Origin: Eledone cirrhosa
Taxonomy: Eukaryota
Direction: 5' to 3'
Assembly: GCA_964016885.1 (NCBI GenBank)
Contig: OZ024755.1
Coordinates: 34,782,001-34,846,000 of the forward strand
Length of the DNA: 64,000 nucleotides
Position numbers and translations under genes: made by a program. The notes beneath the pieces are model-generated. The model was given only the letters and a program-made list of their open reading frames with translations. It did not search any database and was not told where the DNA came from. Positions 54,065 through 64,000 of the stretch are shown in pieces. The first letter of the stretch is position 1; the number at the start of each line of letters is the position of its first letter.

Positions 54065-56905
54065 TGATTGAACAGGCTGATGGTCAAAATTGAACAGGAC
54101 TATGGTCAAAACTGAACAGAACTATGATCAAAACTGAACTGGCTGATAGTCAAAACTGAACAGAACTATGGTGAAAACTGAACTGGCTGATTGTCAAAAC
54201 TGAACAGAACTATGGTGAAAACTGAACTGGCTGATAGTCAAAACTGAACAGAACTATGGTGAAAACTGAACTGGCTGATAGTCAAAACTGAACAGAACTA
54301 TGGTGAAAACTGAACTGGCTGATAGTCAAAACTGAACAGAACTATAGTCAAAACTGAACAGAACTATGGTGAAAACTGAACTGGCTGATAGTCAAAACTG
54401 AACAGAACTATAGTCAAAACTGAACAGAACTATGGTGAAAACTGAACTGGCTGATAGTCAAAACTGAACAGAACTATAGTCAAAACTGAACAGAACTATG
54501 GTGAAAACTGAACTGGCTGATAGTCAAAACTGAACAGAACTATGGTGAAAACTGAACTGGCTGATAGTCAAAACTGAACAGAACTATGGTGAAAACTGAA
54601 CTGGCTGATAGTCAAAACTGAACAGAACTATGGTGAAAACTGAACTGGCTGATAGTCAAAACTGAACAGAACTATAGTCAAAACTGAACAGAACTATGGT
54701 GAAAACTGAACTGGCTGATAGTCAAAACTGAACAGAACTATGGTGAAAACTGAACTGGCTGATAGTCAAAACTGAACAGAACTATGGTGAAAACTGAACT
54801 GGCTGATAGTCAAAACTGAACAGAACTATGGTGAAAACTGAACTGGCTGATAGTCAAAACTGAACAGAACTATGGTGAAAACTGAACTGGCTGATAGTCA
54901 AAACTGAACAGAACTATAGTCAAAACTGAACAGAACTATGGTGAAAACTGAACTGGCTGATAGTCAAAACTGAACAGAACTATGGTGAAAACTGAACTGG
55001 CTGATAGTCAAAACTGAACAGAACTATGGTGAAAACTGAACTGGCTGATAGTCAAAACTGAACAGAACTATGGTGAAAACTGAACTGGCTGATAGTCAAA
55101 ACTGAACAGAACTATAGTCAAAACTGAACAGAACTATGGTGAAAACTGAACTGGCTGATAGTCAAAACTGAACAGAACTATGGTGAAAACTGAACTGGCT
55201 GATAGTCAAAACTGAACAGAACTATGGTGAAAACTGAACTGGCTGATAGTCAAAACTGAACAGAACTATGGTGAAAACTGAACTGGCTGATAGTCAAAAC
55301 TGAACAGAACTATAGTCAAAACTGAACAGAACTATGGTGAAAACTGAACTGGCTGATAGTCAAAACTGAACAGAACTATAGTCAAAACTGAACAGAACTA
55401 TGGTGAAAACTGAACTGGCTGATAGTCAAAACTGAACAGAACTATAGTCAAAACTGAACAGAACTATGGTGAAAACTGAACTGGCTGATAGTCAAAACTG
55501 AACAGAACTATAGTCAAAACTGAACAGAACTATGGTGAAAACTGAACTGGCTGATAGTCAAAACTGAACAGAACTATAGTCAAAACTGAACAGAACTATG
55601 GTGAAAACTGAACTGGCTGATAGTCAAAACTGAACAGAACTATGGTGAAAACTGAACTGGCTGATAGTCAAAACTGAACAGAACTATGGTGAAAACTGAA
55701 CTGGCTGATAGTCAAAACTGAACAGAACTATAGTCAAAACTGAACAGAACTATGGTGAAAACTGAACTGGCTGATAGTCAAAACTGAACAGAACTATAGT
55801 CAAAACTGAACAGAACTATGGTGAAAACTGAACTGGCTGATAGTCAAAACTGAACAGAACTATGGTCAAAACTGAACTGGCTGATAGTCAAAACTGAACA
55901 GAACTATAGTCAAAACTGAACAGAACTATGGTGAAAACTGAACTGGCTGATAGTCAAAACTGAACAGAACTATGGTGAAAACTGAACTGGCTGATAGTCA
56001 AAACTGAACAGAACTATGGTCAAAACTGAACTGGCTGATAGTCAAAACTGAACAGAACTATGGTGAAAACTGAACTGGCTGATAGTCAAAACTGAACAGA
56101 ACTATGGTCAAAACTGAACTGGCTGATAGTCAAAACTGAACAGAACTATAGTCAAAACTGAACAGAACTATGGTGAAAACTGAACTGGCTGATAGTCAAA
56201 ACTGAACAGAACTATGGTGAAAACTGAACTGGCTGATAGTCAAAACTGAACAGAACTATGGTGAAAACTGAACTGGCTGATAGTCAAAACTGAACAGAAC
56301 TATGGTGAAAACTGAACTGGCTGATAGTCAAAACTGAACAGAACTATGGTCAAAACTGAACTGGCTGATAGTCAAAACTGAACAGAACTATAGTCAAAAC
56401 TGAACAGAACTATGGTGAAAACTGAACTGGCTGATAGTCAAAACTGAACAGAACTATGGTGAAAACTGAACTGGCTGATAGTCAAAACTGAACAGAACTA
56501 TGATGAAAACTGAACTGGCTGATAGTCAAAACTGAACAGAACTATGGTGAAAACTGAACTGGCTGATAGTCAAAACTGAACAGAACTATGGTCACAACTG
56601 AACTGGCTGATAGTCAAAACTGAACAGAACTATGGTGAAAACTGAACTGGCTGATAGTCAAAACTGAACAGAACTATGGTCAAAACTGAACTGGCTGATA
56701 GTCAAAACTGAACAGAACTATGGTGAAAACTGAACTGGCTGATAGTCAAAACTGAACAGAACTATGGTGAAAACTGAACTGGCTGATAGTCAAAACTGAA
56801 CAGAACTATGGTGAAAACTGAACTGGCTGATAGTCAAAACTGAACAGAACTATAGTGAAAACTGAACAGGACTATGGTCAAAATTGAACAGGACCATGGT
56901 GAAAA
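54065..56905. repeat. 22-bp minisatellite (~130 monomers) with alternating variants
   Basis: A=aaaactgaacagaactatggtg, B=aaaactgaactggctgatagtc, hybrid C=aaaactgaacagaactatagtc. Confidence 0.97.
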
Positions 56906-57767
56906 ACATTTTAGCCAGGGCATCCTGTCTTTTTAGAATTATCTATGAATATATTATTCAATGAGACTTCTCCTTTTTCAAGAAAGTAAGGTGTGATTTT
57001 GAGGAAGATTTTGTAGTTATTTCTAGCAGATTAAGTCACCATATAGAGGTGTGTGTACATTGTTGTGTTGTACATTGTAATGCACCTGGGCACTGTACAC
57101 AATAATTTCATTATCATAGGGTCAGACATGCTTTCCAGCGTAGTTACGTCCCTTTACGATCTGAGTTCAAATCCCGCCGAGGTTAACTTTGCCTTTCATC
57201 CTTACGGGGTCGATAAAATAAAGTACCAGTAATACACTGGGTAATTGCTGGCCTTGTGCCAAAAGTAGAAACAATTATCATATACTCACACACAGTACAA
57301 TTTTATGTTGTGACATATTCATTAAAATCCCTCTCAGGGTAGCCAAGTAAAATGGAGGTAATTGAGCAAAAAGTACGATATATATGAGCTGTACATCATA
57401 CTTCACCAATCTCCAGTGTGTGTATGTGTGTCCTGCTGTGATGATATGTGTGTGTATGAGCGTGTAATCATTAATAGTGAATGTGTGTGTTTTTAAGTAT
57501 AAATGTTGATGTTTAACCCTTTAGCATTTAAACTAGCTATGTCCAACCAGAATTCCCTCACCTCTTTCTGTTCAAACTGACCACAACTAGCCACTCATAC
57601 TGATGTTAAGGTATTGTTCTCAAACTAAATAATACCAAAATCTCATAGATTTGATATTAAGTGAGGTAAAGCCTTTACCATGAAAATACAATAAAAATAT
57701 AGAGTAATGTAAATGCTAAAGGATTAAATATTAAATGGTCCAACAGAACTGGGATACCAGTTATGCC

Positions 57768-58372
57768 AGATTTAGGACACATGAGGCTAGTTAAGTTATG
57801 ATTTAGGAGAAATGAAACCCTGTGCTAGTTAAGATATGATTTGGGACAAATGAATCCCTCTGCTAATTAAGTTATGATTTAGGACAAATGAGGCCCTCTG
57901 CTAGTTAAGTTATAATTTAGGACAAATGAGTCCCTCTGCTAGTTAAGTTATGATTTAGGAGAAATGAAGCCCTGTGCTAATTAAGATTTGATTTGGGACA
58001 AATGAATCCCTCTGCTAATTAAGTTATGATTTAGGACAAATGAGGCCCTCTGCTAGTTAAGTTATAATTTAGGACAAATGAGTCCCTCTGCTAGTTAAGT
58101 TATAATTTAGAACAAATGAGACCCTGTGCTAGTTAAGTTATGATTTAGGACAAATGAGTCCCTCTGCTAGTTAAGTTATAATTTAGGACAAATGAGTCCC
58201 TCTGCTAGTTAAGTTATGATTTAGGACAAATGAGGCCCTGTGCTAGTTAAGTTATGATTTAGGACAAATGAGGCTCTGTGCTAGTTAAGTTATGATTTAG
58301 GACAAATGAGGCTCTGTGCTAGTTAAGTTATGATTTAGGACAAATGAGGCTCTGTGCTAGTTAAGTTATGAG
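57768..58372. repeat. 38-bp minisatellite (~16 copies)
   Basis: Unit gatttaggacaaatgaggccctgtgctagttaagttat. Confidence 0.95.
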
Positions 58373-59384
58373 GCCCCTTTGAATGTTTGACATTTGAAAA
58401 ACATTTGAAAAATTCATTGTAAAAAGTTTTTTTGGCAGAGTTATGGGGCCCCTGGCCAACGGGGCCCTGTGCTTAAGCATACCTAAGCACAATGGTAGAT
58501 CTGGCACTACCAGACAAAATATATTAGTCTAATACTTCTTGTTCATCACACACACACACACAGTTTGTTGTGGTTTTGTGGAGGAATTTGAAAAAAACAT
58601 TTTTTGCTGTAAATTCTCACAAGTTTACTTAATGCCTTGTTTGTTTATTTTTATCTTCTGACAGATCTTCAACATTTGTTCTGGTCTCTACCGATAGAAC
58701 ACTAACTAGATTGTATCATGGAGATACTCTCTGTGTATTAACTTCCACTTTCCCATGAATGGAACAGTTACATACATTCATGTACTTAGATCTCTCTCTC
58801 TCCATACACACACGTGTGTGTGTGTGTGTATATACATTCCCATATACATATATAAAACACACACACTATGTATGTGTGTGTATATATATATATATCATTA
58901 TTATTATTATATATAAGGGCGGTGGATTGGCAGTATCGGCAGAGGGTCGGACGCCATGCTTTGACTCATAGAGTTACAACCCTTGCCATTCTGAGATCAA
59001 ATCCCGCCGGGGTTAACTTTGCCTTTCATCCTTACGGGGTCGATAAAATAAAGTACCAGTAATGTACTGGGTAATTGCTGGCCTTGTGCCAAAAGTAGAA
59101 ACAATTATTATTATATTACATTCAAAGTAAAAGGATGTCATGAATGATACAAAATCAAACATATGTCTTGTCTCTAAAAACAGCTCAAGATAGAATCCAG
59201 AGAATAAAACCGAGCCATCAACATCATCATCATCGTTTTACGTCCGTTCTTCCACGCTAGCATGGGTTAGACAGGTTGTCCTGTTGTGGGCAGTGTCCGG
59301 TCGGCTGACTTTGTCTTGCTCATACGGAACTGATTCTGGCTTGATTTCTACAGCTGGATGACCTTTCTAAAACCAACCTCATTT

Positions 59385-60554
59385 AATGTTTGTTTAAAAA
59401 AATAGTCATTTTACTGAAGAAAAAAAACCCAGCACAGCAACTGTAGCTGTGTAAAATATACACGGCAGTCAACAGGTTAAAATCTAAATTATAAGCAAGG
59501 AAGACAACTTAAATAAAATAAGTCAATCAAAACTTTTCACCTGGTGGAAACAGTGGACATGGTTTTGTCTTAATAAATCTCTTAGTATTTCTTCTACTTA
59601 GTCTTAGATTAACTGAGTAGCATGGAGAATACTCCTCTATGGTGTTTCCCTTGGCCTTATTGATGATGATGATAAATTTGGTGGTTGTATTGGTAGTGGT
59701 GGTGATGGTGGCTGGTGGTAGAGATGATGGTGATGATTATGATGAAGATAATTTTGGTGGTGGTTGTATTGGTAGTGGTGATGATGGTGGGCGGTAGTGG
59801 TGGAGGTGGTGGTTGAGGTGGTGGTGATAGAGGTGGAGGTGGTGGTTGAGGTGGTGGTGGTGGTGGTTGAGGTGGTGGTGGTGGTGGTTGAGGTGGTGGT
59901 GATGATTATGATGATGATGATGATTTTGGTGGTTGTAATGGTAATGATGACAGTGATGATGGTGGGTGGTGATGATTATGATGATGAACATAATTTTGGT
60001 GGTGGTGATGATGGTGATGATGATGACACCAACAATGAAGTTAATCATAAAGGGGATGAGGATGCTGATGGTAATAGATAGCTTTTGGAGACTGGTCTCA
60101 GCCAATATTACAAAATTCTCAATATTCAATATATCATATTTTAAAATTAATATTCTGAAATTCCATTGGGAGTGTATTCCTCCTCTCCATGGTATTTCTT
60201 CATATGAAAAAACTCTCTGTTGTCTTTGGAAAGATCAAAACCAGAATAAAGATTATTCAAGATCAAGTGTTTTTTACAATAAGGCCAAGGGAAACACCAT
60301 AGAGGAGTATTCTCCATGCTACTCAGTTAATCTAAGACTAAGTAGAAGAAATACTAAGAGGTTTATTAAGACAAAACCATGTCCACTGTTTCCACCAGTT
60401 GAAAAGTTTTGATTGACTTATTTTATTGAAGTTGTCTTCCTTGCTTATAATTTAGATTTTAACCTGTTGACTGCCGTGTATATTTTACACAGCTACAGTT
60501 GCTGTGCTGGGTTTTTTTTTTTCAGTAAAATGACTATTTCTTTAAACAAACATT
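59385..60554. repeat. 278-bp near-identical inverted duplication (59385-59662 / 60277-60554)
   Basis: Arms are reverse complements with only a few mismatches; ~615-bp spacer. Confidence 0.92.
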
Positions 60555-60737
60555 TATTAACAACACATATCTGAATGATTGACAAACATCACATCAATAA
60601 ACTAGTAACCCCATCTAATTTTGAAGGTATGAACTGTTGGAAACATGTTCATAATTTTGAAGTCAGAATTTGAATTCAGAATACAAAGAGCCAGGACTAA
60701 TAACTGATTAAGTTATATAAAACATGATGCTTATTTA

Positions 60738-62170
60738 GACAACACAATTTGAACCTATGTTACTTGAGCAAGAAACCTACAACATGGTACTCTGACATCA
60801 CAACTTGAACCTATGTTACTTGAGCAAGGAATCTACAATATGATATTCTGACATCACAATTTGAACCTATGTTACTTGAGCAAGGAAAATATAATATGAT
60901 ACTCTGACAACACAATTTGAACCTATGTTACTTGAGCAAGGAAAATATAATATGATATTCTGACAACACAATTTGAACCTATGTTACTTGAGCAAGGAAA
61001 ATATAATATGATATTCTGACAACACAATTTGAACCTATGTTACTTGAGCAAGGAAAATATAATATGATATTCTGACAACACAATTTGAACCTATGTTACT
61101 TGAGCATGGAAAATATAATATGATATTCTGACCACACAATTTGAACCAATGTTACTTGAGCAAGGAAAATACAATATGATATTCTGACAACACAATTTGA
61201 ACCTATGTTACTTGAGCAAGGAAAATATAATATGATATTCTGACAACACAATTTGAACCTATGTTACTTGAGCAAGGAAAATATAATATGATATTCTGAC
61301 AACACAATTTGAACCTATGTTACTTGAGCAAGGAAAATATAATATGATATTCTGACAACACAATTTGAACCTATGTTACTTGAGCAAGGAAAATATAATA
61401 TGATATTCTGACAACACAATTTGAACCTATGTTACTTGAGCAAGGAAAATATAATATGATATTCTGACAACACAATTTGAACCAATGTTACTTGAGCAAG
61501 GAAAATATAATATGATATTCTGACAACACAATTTGAACCTATGTTACTTGAGCAAGGAAAATATAATATGATATTCTGACAACACAATTTGAACCAATGT
61601 TACTTGAGCAAGGAAAATATAATATGATAATCTGACATCACAATTTGAACCTATGTTACTTGAGCAAGGAAAATATAATATGATATTCTGACAACACAAT
61701 TTGAACCAATGTTACTTGAGTAAGGAAAATATAATATGATATTCTGACAACACAATTTGAACCTATGTTACTTGAGCAAGGAAAATATAATATGATATTC
61801 TGACAACACAATTTGAACCTATGTTACTTGAGCAAGGAAAATATAATATGATTTTCTGACAATACAATTTGAACCTATGTTACTTGAGCAAGGAAAATAT
61901 AATATGATTTTCTGACAATACAATTTGAACCTATGTTACTTGAGCAAGGAAAATATAATATGATATTCTGACAACACAATTTGAACCTATGTTACTTGAG
62001 CAAGGAAAATATAATATGATATTCTGACAACACAATTTGAACCAATGTTACTTGAGCATGGAAAATATAATATGATATTCTGACAACACAATTTGAACCA
62101 ATGTTACTTGAGCATGGAAAATATAATATGATATTCTGACAACACAATTTGAACCAATGTTACTTGAGCG
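60738..62170. repeat. 56-bp minisatellite (~25 copies)
   Basis: Unit acaacacaatttgaacctatgttacttgagcaaggaaaatataatatgatattctg. Confidence 0.97.
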
Positions 62171-62386
62171 AGGAACCTTCATTATACAATGTACAACTAT
62201 TTGAAAATGATTCCCACAAATTAAACACTTTAGAAATACATAAAAACACATACATCACAGTACAGAATAAATAATTCCACACAGGTTATCATCATCAATA
62301 TCATAGCCACTATGATAACAATAACACCCACCACACACACAACAACAACAACCTCAACCATCACCCCTACTGCCACCACCACCACC

Positions 62387-62420
<34 letters not shown>

Positions 62421-63672
62421 CCACCACCATCAGCATCATCATCACTACCCCACCATCACCATCATCACCACCACCATCACCATCACCACCATCATCACCA
62501 CCATCACCACCACCACCATCAGCATCACCACCACCACCACCATCATCATCATCAGCACCATCACCACCATCACAACCACCACCATCACAACCACCACCAC
62601 TAACACCACCACCAACATCACCACCATCACCACCACCACCAGCACAACAACAACCACCACCATCATCACCATCACCATCACCACCACCATCACCACTACC
62701 ATCATCATTAGTAGTTATATAACTTAAAACTGTTTTTGTTTTAAATATCCACTTTTTCGCCATGCTGGCATGCTTTGTTTGACAAGGGAGAGGAAATATT
62801 TCAAACTGAAAGATATACAGATATTTCCAAAATAAAAAGACAAATGGAAGAACAACAACAAAACTAACACAAAAACAACAAAAAATAAATAATTGTAAAA
62901 TAAAAAAAAGTCCAAGAAAGTATCAATTTCTTAATAAAAGCTTGTTATACAGTAAAATACATGGCATAAGTAGTTTAGTTTCTAACTCCCCAGGAAGACT
63001 TTTCCCAAGTAATTTCTCATGAAGAGAGCTAATTTGACTTACAGAAAAATTATAGAGCAATCTAGTTTCTTTTATGAATGAGACCAGTTCTCATAAAAAC
63101 ACATCATTTATTCTTAATATTCTTAAATAAGAGATAAGATTTGAAATGTTTTGCTAAAAAGACGAAGAACAATAGATCATCTACATACACAACACACACA
63201 TAGCATACATCGGACAAACATTACATATATATATGTGTATCGATATGTATATGTATATATATGTATATATATATATATATATGCTAGTGGGAAAGATGGC
63301 CGTTAAACGATGATGATATATATATTCAGAGGAAAATGGGAAGCTGCTAGAACAGAAAAATACCGTCGAAGTGGCATTGGGTAAAATATTACCTGGAAGG
63401 ACAGAGATCAGCGACTCGATGTGAGTTGACTCAAAGGAAGGAAGAGAAGACAGGATGGAGGAAAAAGACTGGATGAAAGCGAACAGGTAACAAACATTAA
63501 AAAAGCTTGTCAAGTTGCATGGGTTGGGTAGGTCCTTCTCGTCACAGCATCTCTCCACTTGCCACATTCCTTCATCATTTCCTCTCTGAGTCTCAGCAAT
63601 TTGAGGTCAGCATTGTGGAATATGAAAAATGGTTGTTTTGTAGAGGCTTCCAAAATGATTATATATATATAT

Positions 63673-64000
63673 GGAGGCACATGGCTTAGTGGTTAGAGTA
63701 TTGACCTTGTAATCGAAAGGTTGTGAGTTCAATTCTCAGACTGGGTGATGTGTTGTTTCCTTGAGCAAGACACTTTATTTCATATTGCTCCAGTTTACTC
63801 AGCTGTAAAAATGAGATGATAGGACTGGGGTCCCTATCATTCCACTGCAAAGTGGTCGTGGAGGTGCCACGGCAAAAAAGCACCCAGCCCACACTGTAAA
63901 ATGGATGTGTAGGCGCCATGGAAAAAAAGCACCCAGCACTCACTATAAATGAGGTTGGTGTTAGGAAGGGCATCCAGCTGTAGAAATCAAGCCAGAATCA
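63673..64000 (+). mobile_element. SINE family A (runs off window end)
   Basis: tRNA-like head with A/B boxes and a duplicated internal segment. Confidence 0.9.

Noticed and set aside
54065-62170. Regular arrays superficially like CRISPR
   Set aside because: No unique spacers, no cas genes and a eukaryotic context; these are plain minisatellites.

Overview
AT-rich, repeat-saturated eukaryotic DNA. The SINE/LINE types and very high (TA)n density suggest an octopus or other cephalopod; this is inferred, not verified. Almost all supplied ORFs are microsatellite read-throughs. The only intact genes are ORF1 and ORF2 of a full-length L1/Tx1-type LINE (31755-37396) inserted into a 72-bp satellite that grew out of a TTAA/piggyBac-type MITE. 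The most striking unannotated signal is a dense set of type-I hammerhead ribozyme (HHR) motifs inside (TA)n tracts. Two apparently homologous non-coding tandem families (420-bp monomer at 4.1-5.6 kb, 465-bp monomer at 51-52.2 kb) each carry one HHR per monomer plus an ATGCAAAT octamer, as in retrozymes and newt satellite 2. Several Penelope-like palindromic remnants with HHR cores also occur. Also present: an isolated CpG-decayed exon copy of the helicase Aquarius, a possible minus-strand host gene made of short exons, non-autonomous Helitrons (one with a head-to-head fusion), two tRNA-derived SINE families, RTE fragments, several minisatellites and a 278-bp inverted duplication.
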